DNA of 56,429 nt from Diadema antillarum (taxonomy: Eukaryota): the NCBI RefSeq assembly GCF_040938485.1, contig NW_027271814.1, positions 744,001 through 800,429 of the forward strand. The letters are read 5' to 3'. Each line of letters starts with the position of its first letter. The first letter of the stretch is position 1. Positions 24,953 to 38,272 of this stretch are shown here, piece by piece. The translations under genes were made by a program, and so were the position numbers. The notes beneath the pieces are model-generated. The model searched no databases. It had not been told where the DNA came from and saw nothing but the letters and a program-made list of their open reading frames with translations.

Positions 24953-26289
24953 TTAATGAAGGAGAAGGCTCGACACCCTCATCTATGAAAGTTTGCAAAA
25001 AAATGGTTATGCCCCATACGGATGTAAAGGTAGTGTAGGTGTTTAGATGTTGGGATTTGGGTAGTTTGCGGTTTTGTGATTTTTAGTCGACTGCTTAAAC
25101 CTAAGCCTTCGTGGGATTAATGAATCAGGTGCAACAACTCACTGTCTATTCATACAAAATGCTCCACTGTAATACTGAGTAATAGTATCAACATTTTCTG
25201 TAGTGTTTGACTCCCAAAGGACAAAAAGTAAAATATAAGTTTCTAAATTTCCTCAACATTCTCTTATTTAGTTTATAGTTATGAAAAGAGATCAATAATG
25301 AACAGTATAGTAAAGAATATAGACAGTAATCAGAGATTAAAACATAAAAGATTTATGGAAAAAGAGAGGCAAGAAAAGAGGATCCTTCAATGCAGACAGA
25401 AGGACGTATTGGTACTTGTCCTACTGAAGAGCAGATGGGATGGGATGGGATGTTTTTGAGAGGAGAGATGGAGGGAGGGAGGAAAGGAGAGAGGACTGAT
25501 CGGAGACATGTGGCATGGAGGAGTGCAGGGGCATGCACCCAGTGACATGGTTAGCAGGGATGGAATAGTTGGGAGGGGAGGAATGTTTTCCTGTGTACAT
25601 AGACTGCGTGCCAGAATGGCAGAGAGCCTGCCGAGCAGCCTAGTCTAAGATTTCAGACTCTCACGTTGATGTCGTAGAGAGAGAATTCCTGTATAATAAT
25701 ACCATTCAGCACTGCAAACTGCAATCGTACACTTGCTTATTATTGCCAACAGAGCAAATTGATGCCAACATGCAAGCAAGCAAAGTCTGATATGACATGC
25801 TGTTTGTGAATAACAATCTTCGATTATACATTTACGCTGCACCGTTTGATGAATGGTTGGAGTTCTGAATGTAATGAAAATGGCACTGAGGTTTGGCGTG
25901 TGCCCAGAAGTAGATGGTCCTCAGTTCAAATCTGAATTAGATTTAGAGACTCGGTAGCATTGGGGGCATTGGTGGCCCAATTGAATTGATCATCATTTGC
26001 TGCCAATTGGGGTACAGGCAAAAATCATGAATAGCGCCCATCAGCGAATATGTTCATCAAAGCATACGCTGATTGGTAATGGTCGAACCCCAGTTGAAAT
26101 TCTTTGACCATATGTGTACTTACATACAGATTAGGTGTATCATAAAAAAGCTGTACCTAATTCTTTGCAGGGATTCCAGAATATATCGGAACAGGGCCAG
26201 CCTTCCTACCCCATGGTATCCCCACACTCCTGGGTCTTTTACAATGGCAGTGATGTGTGGGATCCTGCCTTCAAGGCATTGCAGTGCCA

Positions 26290-26291
<2 letters not shown>

Positions 26292-26350
<59 letters not shown>
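26292..26350. repeat. (GT)n microsatellite
   Basis: About 29 units. Confidence 0.95.
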
Positions 26351-26351
<1 letters not shown>

Positions 26352-27873
26352 ATGTGCTCTACTGATGATGCCGAAACCAGGGATAAGCAATTATTGAAGT
26401 TGTTAGGAAAGTAGGGAAATTTCAGTAAGATAGGCAACCCTTATTCATTGTAAAGGATGAAATACATAGAGCCATACACCAGTACTTTCTTCAGGAGAAT
26501 ATTTTGACCCACTTGTCATCAAAACCAAATGAGCCATGAGTGGAATTACCCCATTTCAGGAGTCAATGTGTTATGGGCATGACAGGGCAAACTTCAGCCA
26601 ATGGTGGGCAAGTTCTCAGAAAAAACGTAAGATATTTTGTAATACAAATATCTGAATGCAGTGTATCACTACTATCAGTTTCAGAGTCCCCAGTGATGCA
26701 TTGTCTTTAATAGTCACTGGCTTAATAGACAATTCAATAGTGTATAATAATCATAACCCTTCTCCTCAGTGGGGTGCAGCACATTGTGTTTAACCTGTGA
26801 GCCTGCACAATCTCTGTTGGTTGGCATGACTTTTCGTAGCACTCTATCGACTGACTGCCTGGGAGAGAGCCATACGTCTGTCTGTTCGTGAATTTCCACC
26901 TCTTCCTCTTTTAGCCGGTGGGCCGACTTACGTAGTAACGAGGGATTGTGTGCCATGAACTAATTTCGCAGTCTTATGAAATTACTGGAGTTGCGGAGGG
27001 GGAGGGGGTGTGTTGGATGTGCTAGTCTGCCATCCTCAGACCCTGCCATTGCTGCACTAATGCAAGCGGTTTACCAAGAAGTTAGATTCCGAGTCATGAC
27101 TCTTCATTACCAATCAGAAGTGTCAGGCAGCTGCCACCTATCCATTCTTCAATCCACCCCCCCCCCCCCACCCTTTCCCCTTCTCTTCTGAGAAAGGGAA
27201 CTCCTTGATCCCTCGTTTGCATCGACGGCTTGCCGGGAGTGTGACTTCGAGAGATGCACTGCCAGAGGTTTGCCCACGATCGTCGCTGACTCCAGTAAAC
27301 TTTGCCGCCATGCAGCCTCACGTTCCATCCGTCCATGCCCGGCGACCGATCTCTCCGTCATCCCACATTGCAGGCACTTCCGAGACAGCATCGCTCACCC
27401 CCATTCATGTAACCTCCGTCTTTTCAGCCCCTCCCACCTACTCTCTATTCTGCCCCGCCTCCTTTCTCCTTCCAAAGCCAGTGGCACTGAGTTCATCGCA
27501 GGACACATTATCCAAAATGCTCCATTATCAATAACAATGGTTACCCTTCGTTCTTGTTTTTTTATTATTGCCATATAAAGTGCTATGAAGATGCCAAGTA
27601 GATGCCAAATTTCCACTCAACCTACTGTGTGTATAGGAACTGTGAATATGTCCCGTCACGTCTTTTGCTGTGCACTCTTTCTTTCGTTGTACATGGTAGT
27701 GTATTGCTTATCACATTTACACCAGACAGTGGATTTCTGTGACCAAACCAGTCTCCAGTGACATTGTAAATGTGTTGTAATACTTATACGTTATTATTGT
27801 TGCTTTGTATTAATGGTAATAGTATTATGGTTGTTATTGTTATTATTGTTGTTATTAATCCTGTCATAATTAC

Positions 27874-27874
<1 letters not shown>

Positions 27875-27930
<56 letters not shown>
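27875..27930. repeat. (ATT)n microsatellite
   Basis: About 18 perfect units within a longer degenerate tract from about 27790. Confidence 0.95.
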
Positions 27931-27931
<1 letters not shown>

Positions 27932-27945
27932 ACTGTTATATATTA

Positions 27946-28336
27946 TTAATGGGGTCGTACAGTTTTGGTTGAGACCTAATTTCAGGTTTCTAACATTTTT
28001 TGGTGAAATAATGAGAAACCTCTTATGAAATATGAAAAAGCATGTAATTCTGTGAGGAATTCAACGTTTATTTGATGAAAATTGGTTTTGACATGGCTGA
28101 GATATCCAAAACAGAGCGATTCTAATAAAGTGTGGGACCCACACTTTATTACGATCGCTTTGTTTTACTTTGTTTTTTGGACGTTTCAGTCATTCCAAAC
28201 CCGATTTTCATCAAATAAACTTTGAATTCCTCTTAAAATGGTATGCTGTGTACTATATCATAAGTGTTTTCTTGGTATCCCGCGAAAAAGTTAAAACCCA
28301 ATTCTCATCTCCACCAACACTGTACCATCCCTTTAA
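27946..28336. mobile_element. About 390-bp TTAA-flanked fold-back MITE (Kolobok-like or piggyBac-like)
   Basis: ttaa tggggtcgtacag...ctgtaccatccct ttaa, long imperfect inverted arms, central hairpin taataaagtgtggg-a-cccacactttatta (28123-28151). Confidence 0.75.
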
Positions 28337-30056
28337 TGTTGCTATTGATATTCTGATATCCATCAAGAATGTGATTCTCAAGCAGCAACATGATTTCTTC
28401 TTAGCCTTTAATTAATGTGAATTAACTCAGAGCTCTACATAGTGCAGATGTTAAATGTATGACTTCCAGTGTTCAATCCCTTTATGTATGGGATAATGCA
28501 TTCTTCCTCTTTCCTCTGATGTGCCAAAAAGATTTGAATGCATCCAACATACTAAACCTTGATTCATTCTAACTACACGAACTGTCAGTCAAAACAAACC
28601 ATGAATTTTTCTCTGCAATGGAAAGAAATCAAGCACAAGAGAAAGAAAAAAAAAAGAGAAAAATGTGCTTTTAAATCCATTGTACAAAATAAAAAAAACA
28701 AAACAGAACATGAAATTAATTAAATCAATAGAAAAGTAGTTTCTCTGATTTGATTTAGTGGTATTTGTGTTCCTGTGCATCTGGTCCATGATATATTGCA
28801 TCGTAGCTTTCACTAATAGGGAAACAGTCATGGATGGCCAATACAGTGTGGCGATGAGGTTGTACTTAGAAATGTAACATCCGTACATCAAGGCATAAAT
28901 GTCTGCAGTAAACTTCAGAGTCATTTAAAGAAACGTACTGACATGATACTTCATCAGAACCTGATAATTTTGTATCTAGATTTAACAACAGATGTAACGA
29001 CTTCTCAATAATCTTTACTTGTGCTTGGCCTTCAGAACACCTGGTTGGGAAAACCAACCATGACAATCCCGTACAGAAGTATTTTGTGAGTCCTCCTGCC
29101 CCTGTATACACTGTAAAATTCATTCTGTATTCCAAGAGTGATAAAAAGCTGATGCATTGATTTGATCGAGATTTAATACAAGCCAGATGAGAGATGAAAG
29201 ACATCAGTGTTTCGTACTATCTTTAGAAGGAAACAAAGGTCTCCACCGCATGAGAGATTTTCCAGCACTCAGCCATGATTACATTCTTATAATTCTTTAG
29301 TACATATCTGCTTGTGTATAACTCATCACTAGCTCAAATCAAGCTGACAATATAGAAATGTTTGGTGAAGGAGCATTTGCCCTGAATATTTCACTCTACC
29401 AGTTCCTGTCAGCATGAATCGAAACTATTGTATCGCCCTTTCTCCTGAGATCATCAAACCATCCAACTTCTAGTTCCAAGGGGTTCTTGAAGCACCCCAG
29501 TCCTTTAAAATTTAGTACCCAGTTGTTGAATTGTGCTAATCACAGATTGATCTGATTTTGTTGCTTAAACCATAAACATGCTGGGAAATCCTCATGGCAA
29601 ATGCTATCCCCTGTCCAAATAGGAACCATGACAACAAGAAATACACAATTATGTCCCTTATTATTAATACCCAGAATAACTCTGCAGAGCTGCCAAGCTC
29701 CTTGATTCTGAAGAGGCTCCTTGAAAACTTCAATATCTCTTCATGTCTTAAAAAGCCTCGCTGATTTGGGGGAATCTTTTTTTTTTACACTTTTAAATGC
29801 ATGAAACACACAAGTATCTTCCTGTAGCTGTTTGGAACCTGATTTTTATGTGTGAGTGTTGATAATTTGTTGCCCTAGATTTTGTTCACATTAGTAATTT
29901 GCGTAAACTTCGCATATTGCCTTCTACCATCATATGACTTGAGCGTATTTGAATAAAGATAAGGCTCCTATAGTCAGAATCGTGAGCACACCCATGCTAC
30001 CCTTGCTTGAATGGGGGTGTCACTGTGTAATGCATGCATGTGTGCTCCTTTAAACC

Positions 30057-30447
30057 TTAAAGGGTGTGTACAGTTCTGGTCGAGGTATAGATTTAGCTTT
30101 TAAGATTTTGCAAGATATTCAGAAACCACTCAATGAGATGTCAAAGAGCATGCAGTTCTAAGGGGTATCAAAAGTTTATTCGATGAAAATCGGTTTTGAA
30201 ATGGCTGAGATATCCAAAAACAAGGTGAAACAAAGAGATCCTAATAAAGTTGGGGCATGTCGCCTTTTATTATTAGCACTTTTTTGGATATCTCAGCCAT
30301 TTGAAAACCAATTTTAATCAAATAAACGTTAAATCCTTCTTAAAATTACATGCTCTTTCATATTTCATAAGAGGCTTTTAATTATCTCACTTAGGAATGT
30401 TCAAAACATGAATCCCTACCTCAACCAGTACTATACAGTCCCTTTAA
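30057..30447. mobile_element. About 390-bp TTAA-flanked fold-back MITE, same family
   Basis: ttaaagggtgtgtacagttctggtcgagg...cctcaaccagtactatacagtccctttaa, internal tggctgagatatccaaaa / ttttggatatctcagcca inverted pair. Confidence 0.85.
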
Positions 30448-31965
30448 ATTTGAGACCATATCAGAGGAAATAGTGTAATTCTTGTAATCAACTGACCAGC
30501 TGCATACAACACTGTGTGGTGATTTGTTGCCGTCTCTAACAGCAGGAGCTACGGAAACCGACAAATGCCGCAAAATCAGAAGGACATATCTCACAGAGGC
30601 CGAAAAAGGACCTCAAAGTCACTCCTTGTACCGATTATCAGACCAGAGCGGTGTGCGAGCGCAGGGAATAGCATGCTATCGGGCGCTTAAAGGTCACCAC
30701 TCACCAGTGTGGGCAGCTGTGGGGAGTAATTCTAGCAGGGGGAGCGTGAGATAAAGCCCAGGCATTTTGAAGCGTCATTGTCGATAGCACTCATGTAGTT
30801 ACGCCATGACATGACGGGCAGTTTATGTGTTTGCGTCAGTCGTTTTCTAGAGTAGCGCCTATCTAGAACTATGACGCTTACGTATTATGCAGTCAGTAAT
30901 ATTGGGGCATTCTACAAATATTTGCAGAGTTTGTTCTGCATTTCCAGATTCAGTAATTTGGCCGTAGTGAGATAAAACTGAGTCACGTGTAATGGCATTA
31001 TATTTCTACGATGAAAATTGTGAGGAAACTATGACAGTGTTTGGTAGTAACAATTATGCAGCAAATATGATTTCCTATGTAGTAATTTTATCTATTGGTT
31101 TGTTTGGTAGGTAACAAACAAATACTCCCTGATGGCTGACGTGACTAATTTATGGGATTATGATGGGGCATTTTATATTTTTATGTGGTTTTTTTTTTCT
31201 TTTTTTTTTTTGGGGGGGGATTTCTTATTTCTTTTATGGGGTGTACTGTAACTATACTTCATTTTAGGATCACAAATACAGGTATATTGTAGTGTAATAC
31301 CTTCTACAACACAAACAGTTTAAGGATGGGTTGGGGATTCCCCTGGCTGAACATGAGCTTTAATTCTAAAGATTCATGGTATGCTGTCTTCCACATGTGT
31401 GGTGGCGTACGAAAGGGCCGCTACTGTGTCTTGTTCATCGGGACAGACCGAAACATTGCTCTCAAAATAGTCTGCATACTAATGAGACGACAGCTACCCC
31501 CTGCGTTTGAAGTGGTAGCTCGGAGTGTGGCTACAGCAGACTTTGGAACTAATTAGCGTTTCCTTCGCACCATGCCTGACGTAAAAATGATGGTGGCGCT
31601 GTGTATCTCGTTCCCTCTCTCTGTCTTGGCACATGATCCCTTAATAGCTGGTAAGGCAATATCATAAGCATAGACCAGGGAAGAAGAAAATCAGGCATTG
31701 TCTGAAATGACAAACTGTGGAGTCATCTGTCCAGTAACCGCAGCATCCAAGACATCAAGCAGTAATAGGAGAGCCATTGCGGGCAGTGAAACTGACCTAA
31801 ATTGTCTCCCATGGTCTATGAGAGAGAGAGGGAGATAATACCGGTACACAAATAGACTTGTAGTATACATGTAGGCTTACTTACAGATGGAGCCATTGTA
31901 GTCCGTATGATTTTCATATGATATGTATAGAAAGATAGATAATAGAAAGATAGATAGATTTGACA

Positions 31966-32134
31966 TGCTGTAAAACATGATATATTCGCGGCATGACATT
32001 TTCGCGAATTGCCATTGGCATTCAATGCATACAGTATAGACAAGAACTTTCGTGTGCATTTTAATTTTGCGAATGTTGGCACTCACGAAATTCGCAAAAT
32101 CAAAATGCACGCGAACATTCGTCGTTTTACAGTA
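31966..32134. mobile_element. Tc1/mariner-like MITE
   Basis: tgctgtaaaac...gttttacagta termini, internal ttcgcg/cgcgaa repeats. Confidence 0.7.
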
Positions 32135-32360
32135 GATGCTTCATATGAATTGCCTATGTGCTGGATAAATAGCAAATAGGGTAACTTCAGTTTTTACAGT
32201 CCAAAATTCCAGTATAGTAGACAGAGATGTCTCACCCAAAGAAGGGAGCGCTCTGTACACTAGGCCTACTTCAACCCTTCTGTGCGTTAGTATGTGCTGT
32301 GTACATCAGGTTGATGTACACCCAAGGAATATTATCACAGATGCTAGTCAAAACTCATAC

Positions 32361-32704
32361 TAAAAGTGGAATTCTGGACCAGTTAATAACAGTTATTCTT
32401 ATAAGAAATGGTAGAATTTTATATTAGCATAACAGTGAAAATTTCATAAAAGTTAAATTATAGTAAGGAAATTACAAAATTGTGAATTTTAATAATTTTC
32501 ACAAAATAGCTCTTGAACAGTGAATATTAATTATTTACAGACAAGTGAGTTGAAGATGTCATTACTTCACAACAGGCTATGTAGTTTTTATACACAAAAT
32601 CTTGAAATTTCCCTTTGTTGCTTTGTTCAAATATGATTATGCCCCAGTCTGATATACTTCACTCAACTCACATTATAATGTATTTGGGGGAAATTTCCCT
32701 TTAA
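32361..32704 (+). mobile_element. Degenerate TTAA-flanked MITE (ggaattctggacc family)
   Basis: taaaagtggaattctggacc...gggggaaatttccctttaa. A related 5' part lies at 40881-41150 (ttaaggagaattctggacc...acaatagtgaaaattt-type motif). Confidence 0.55.
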
Positions 32705-33660
32705 AAGAGATTGCCTCCTCTCAATTCTGTCATGTTTGTCCATGAAAACTGGATGAAGAAACGGTTAAGGCCTAGTTGGATAGAGACTAGAGCTCTGTAG
32801 TTCACAAAAATGTTCTACCACGATGACACGTCTTTCCCCTCAATGGAGGACGCAAGGTGAAAGGTCGTCGGTAAAATCACAATAGCTGCTTGTGTACCTG
32901 CTGATGCTAGCATGTTTCCAGAATGTTGGGAGGAGGAGAGAAGTGAGTCGGCCAACCTCCTTGTCTCTCGAGATAATGGTTTATTTCGGATGATATTGCC
33001 ATCGTGCAAACAGCAAACAGGAGTCCTGTTGGCAAAAGTGGTCTGGCTAAACAGTATGCTGCGTGGTAAATAAAGAACTGACTATTGACACTGATGTTGC
33101 TTGAACCAGAATATAAGCAACATACAGTAGGCTAGGCCTACATCATTCGTGATCTCCGACAGTCCAACATGTTGATTAGACTGCAGTAGCAGTATTTGTA
33201 TGTGAGGGACGGCATCTAGACACTTTGATGAGAAAGTTGCAATGGCCGCCTTGTATAATTAGCAGTCATTTTCTTTTTTCTTGAGAGATCCTAGGCTTGC
33301 TTTAGCTGTTGGTTTTTTTTAACTGCCATTCACTATGCAAAATGAAAATTGTCCTATATCAACTTCCTTCCTGTATGCACTCCACTTGCAACTTTCAAAG
33401 GAAAGATATTCAATGAGTAGAAATCTCTTGTTCGTAATTTCATATTAAGGACTGATAGGCAGTATTCTTCTTCTTTTGGGGGTTCAGGGATCTGGGATAG
33501 AATTGGGATGGAGACCAGTCTGTGAAATGCATCATGAATTAGAATCATTAAAAAACACAACCCACATGAATGCAGTCAACATAATATTCAGGAAAAAATC
33601 CGTAACAAAGCATAACGCTGAAGGAGGCCATTACCCAGAGTGTGAGTCAAGTGTCCTCTT

Positions 33661-33762
33661 TTAACCCGTTAAGGACGAGCTGACTTTGCTGTTAACACAT
33701 AATGTATACATTTCCCATAGACTCCTGCTCAAGTATACTTGGGGCTGGTCTTCAAAGGGATA
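33661..33762 (-). mobile_element. Mini-MITE copy, reverse orientation, small insertion
   Basis: ttaacccgttaaggac...catttcccatagac...caagtatacttgggg...tcttcaaaggga is the reverse complement of the family consensus. Confidence 0.65.
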
Positions 33763-35056
33763 GGATGATTGTTTCGCCAACCAGGTTCATCAGCCCGATG
33801 GCAGTCTTTGTGCCGGAGCGGATGCTGGCTGAAACTGATGAAGAATGATGAGATTGGAGCATGAAGATGACTATGTGCCACATGGGCGGAGCCGAGCACA
33901 CATGGAAAAATCATTTACTCATTTCTAGACAGTTTGTATGAAGGGATATCTGTCAGTTAGTAGCTGTTGCAACACACTTGCATACACACAGCACATGCAC
34001 CAAACGCACCGAAAGAAAAACAAAAAGTCATGCACGTGTGTTCTTGAAGGTACGCTTTATGTAGAAGATGTATCTTTCTGGTACTTCAATCTGTTCTGTA
34101 ATTACATGTAGATGGGTGAAACGAATCATTAAACTCTTCAATTAATTGCCTCACCTCACCTCCTAGATCGGCCTTCTGCACCCTCCCACCATTTTCGCAA
34201 TTAATTTACGACTCCTCGGAATTCATTTGCGAAGACAATTGGCTGAATAATCGCTGATAGAGATTTTTGTTTTTTAATGAATGAATGAATGGGAGGATGT
34301 AACCTTCATTATCATCATGTGTCAGGAATGGTCAGTCAAGAGAAGACAGCTATTAAAACCCTTTTCTTCACCAACCCCCCCCCCCCCCCCAACAAGGGAA
34401 AGTATCACAGCTGTCCATCGTTTGGACAAGTTTCATATCAAATTCATTGCTGCCTAATGTGTAGTTCAGAAGATGATGTTGGTTAGCTTCATGTGGAGGA
34501 GATGACAAAATGTTACTACTGTGGAAACCAGAAATTCATGGCATGAAACTTTCATGAATTGGAGCTGACTGCCTTTTTGGCAGCATGAAACTTTCACAAA
34601 CTGCCACTAGCATTCAGTGCATTGTGCAGACAAAAACCTTTGTATGCATTTTCACTTTTTGCAAATGTTGCCTCCTCGCAAATTTGGCAAAAGTTGCATG
34701 CACACGAAAACCTCTGGTTTTACAGGAAGTCGTCGCAGGAAATGCTTTATCTGCAGTTGATAACTCTTTACTGCTTATTTGATATAATAATCTAGCAAGC
34801 TGTAATTCTCTATAGTGGATTTTATGATTTAAGTATTGATGATAACTGTGACATTGTTGTCTCTTTTTCCAGAAAGCAATAATTTGTTTGAAAAAAATTA
34901 GCAGTGACATAGCCTTCAGTCAAATATAGGCAGGAGGTATTTTTTCAGATGTCAAATTTTTGTAGTCGACCATAGCTTTTTGGACAGATAAATGAAATAT
35001 GACCCTCTCCCCCCCCCCCCAAAAAAAAAAAAGGAACAGTGGAAGCTGACATCATA

Positions 35057-35586
35057 AGGGCTTTTTACACTTGTGTTTCTTAACCCCGGACTTTCTCTGA
35101 CCCAGGACTATCGTTAGTCCCGTACCAATTTTTTCAGCTTTTTACACTCGCCAATTAGTCCCGTACTCTCTCTTGTCCGGGGCTAAGGAGAAAACTGACC
35201 TTTTTACACTCGTATTTCTTAGCCCCGGACTTTCCAAACCACATGAATATTCATAATTACGCTGTGTACTGTACACGTACACGCACGCACCGGCAGCACT
35301 TGATTACCTCGTTTCTGATTGGTCAGTGAGGGTCGGACTTCGTCTCCGTCGCTTAGCCCAGGATTATTTTTTCGTTCTGTTTACACTCATTTGCTTGGCA
35401 CCGCAATTGCGGTGCTAGCACCGCAATTGCGGTGCTAACCCCTGCTATTTTGCAGGGCCAGATAGTACCGTACTATCGGTGGGGCTAGCCCACTTTGGCA
35501 AAAACGAGTGTAAACAGAAAGTGGGCTAAGGATAGTCCCGTACCAACGGTGGGGCTAAGCAAAAATTTACAAGTGTAAAAAGCCCT
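35057..35586. mobile_element. PIF/Harbinger-like MITE (530 bp)
   Basis: Perfect 18-bp TIR agggctttttacacttgt / acaagtgtaaaaagccct, ATA 3-bp duplication on both sides, reiterated tttacact, tagtcccgtac and ttagccc motifs. Confidence 0.85.
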
Positions 35587-37041
35587 ATACAGAGTGAAGA
35601 GAAAGTTCTGGAATTTTCTTGAAATGTAGAGTTGGCCATGTGTGTCACTCCAGAATCGTAGAAGGTCATTCTCCATGGTAGCTAAGTTTTTCGCTCAATA
35701 AACAGAGTTTCTGTAAAAAAAGAAAAAAAAAGAAAAAGAAACAACTTACGGTCGCAGTTAACCTACCAATAAACTAAGTTTTTCTGCCATAAACTGAATT
35801 CATTGGTAGGTATAAAACCCAAGTTTTTCGATTTTATGGGACATTTTGAGGAGACCTTAGATCATTGTTTTGAATTGGAGAAGACACACCAAATGAACAG
35901 ATCTTCCAAGATGTGTGTGGCAATGAACAAAGGATCAGATAGTCTTGATAATCCAGTTTGTTCCATGTGAGATCTCTTATGTGCCTTCTATTTTGATAGT
36001 AACCAGAAGATACAAACAGGATTTTCTTGATTTCTTGAGCAGAGTCAGGGAGAAAGTGTTTTTTGTTTACAAACCTTCAAAATAATGGTTTCACTTAAAA
36101 AAAAGGGGGGGAAGACTTTGTAAACATGATGAAGAAACACAGTATGGCAAGTATAAACATGTGTATGCACTTGACCATGATGGCTTCATATTAGCTGCTA
36201 GGAGAATGCAAAAGGTTGTTGACATCTCAAAATACAAAGATCATGATTTTCAGCTTTTACATTGAACATTCATAATGTACAGCTTTTGTGGCTTTGCATG
36301 GAAATTCATAATAAGAATCAGATATATTCTGTCATGTTCTTTCTTATGTGTAAGAGACAAAATGTCCCAGAAAATATGGAAGACATGACCATAGAATTCC
36401 ATGAATGCTAATTAGTATGCATGTCTAAGCATCTTTTATATGTGTTAGTATCTTTAAGTCAGTGCACCATGTTTGTTATAGTTTATAGGAGCAGGCTTGA
36501 TAAGCTGCTAGTTATTGATGAGACAAACATGATGGTGCTTCCATATTACTCTTACTGCCCCATCTCCCTCCCCCCTCCACCTGCCCTGACACTAGGATAC
36601 ACCTCTGTCTATAGTGGATCATGTTTCATGTTGCACAATGTTTTTTCAACCCTCCATTGGCCCCACCGCACTAATTAGTGTCCGGGAGCATTATCTTGTT
36701 TTGAAACACTCATCCAGCCCACCATGTGCCGAAAAGCCCCTGACATTTTGCCGCGGAAACCGGTCTTCCCTCCTACCCTGCTGGCTGTGGCTAGACAATG
36801 GGAGAGTTTCTGCAGGCTAGAGGCACACTGGTCTGCTCAGTGAGTGAGATCTATGCTTGCTCATTTGACGTGCCTCATGGTTCGGAATTAATAGCCAAAT
36901 TCTCATAAGTCATAGCAGTTGTGGGCCAATTGCTATTCAGCCTATGCAAAGTTGTAAGTGAAAGTGAAGGACTGATTTAGGAAGAAAAGGACAATAAGAT
37001 TCTGCTAGAAAAGACATAAGTTGCCTTTGGAGTGTTCTTAC

Positions 37042-37231
37042 TACAGTGCACTCCCGTTATAATGAACACGGATATAACAAAATTATAGTAAAAAAAAAAA
37101 TTAGTAATAATTCAGGCTGTGACATTATCTGCTCTGTTTTTTTATTGTTTATTGGTTGGGTTACAACGAAATGTCGATATAACGAAAGAAAACTGCTGGT
37201 CCTGAGAACTTTGTAATGAAAGTCCACTGTA
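37042..37231. mobile_element. Tigger/pogo-like (Tc1/mariner) MITE
   Basis: TA-cagtgcactc...agtccactg-TA, repeated ataac(g)aa motifs typical of Tigger-derived MITEs. Confidence 0.7.
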
Positions 37232-38179
37232 CCTCTGTTGTGCATGGCACACAAACTTAACTCAAGTAGAAAAGTGAAAGCTTTACCAAAAAAAAAAAAG
37301 ATTATTGATAGGCAAAAAGAAATGAACCATGAGAAGAGAGTGGACAGTGGACAGCTGACCCGCTTGGGGGTTAAGTTCAGTTTTAAAAGTTAAGTTAGGT
37401 TACTGGCTAGTTTGTTTTTGTTTTGCTTTTTAAATATTCACTGGTGAACCAAATCAAAAAGTTGTAGAAAGTTTTACTCTGTACAATTTAGATGGCAGCT
37501 TAGAAACTGTATCTTACATTTGTTTTGTCCCTCAGTCTATTTGTCTTGCTTTCATATACGCAAGTATACACAAACACACATGCAGATGTATACACAGAAA
37601 ACACAAAAAAACTAAAAAGGTCGGAGCGATATTTGTGATTGAGGTCACTATAATACTTGAGAAATGTATTTGTTTTGAAGTAGAAAGATTTTAAGCTGTT
37701 TCATTTTTATGAAACTGTATACTTTGTTTTCATGGTTATCATCCTCTGCGGCATTGGGGGGGGGGGGGGGGGACTGACTTTTTTTCTGGGGCATTTTAGT
37801 GTTTTTTGACACCCTGAAGCCATATGTCTGCATAGCCAAGGTTTCATTGATGCAAAGCAGGGAGAACCCCTGTGAGGATTTTTAATCCCACTCTTTTCCG
37901 TGGTATGCATTTCGTGCTGTTGACAAACAAGACACTTCAGGAAGAAATTTTTCGACCGGCCATTTTCAGTAAACATTTACAGAAAAGATGCCCTCTTCTT
38001 TTGTAGCTTCAGTGGAGAATGTATGATGGATTGTGCTAGATTGGTGTGTTGCTGGATTTATCAACCCCCCTTTCAGATGAGAGAGTTCTTAAGCAATATA
38101 TGACATATTGATATACAACGTGTGAATATAGTCATATGATTAGGTTTGGTCATGTTGCTATTTATGTAGGGCCTATATG

Positions 38180-38272
38180 TTAACCCATTGAAGACAAGTC
38201 CCAAGTATACTCGGGCAGGTGTCTATGGGAAAAACGTGTTGTAGCAAAATCAGTCGGTCCTCAATGGGTTAA
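38180..38272 (+). mobile_element. 93-bp TTAA-flanked piggyBac-like mini-MITE
   Basis: ttaacccattgaagac...gtcctcaatgggttaa, TTAA at both ends. Confidence 0.85.

Noticed and set aside
15394-26437. ORFs containing CVCVCV or THTHTH runs (15394, 26073, 26120, 26135)
   Set aside because: Dinucleotide microsatellite translations.
28800-28860. Minus-strand VLAIHDCF, reminiscent of single-subunit polymerase motif C
   Set aside because: Isolated short match bounded by stops with no other polymerase motifs. Likely chance.
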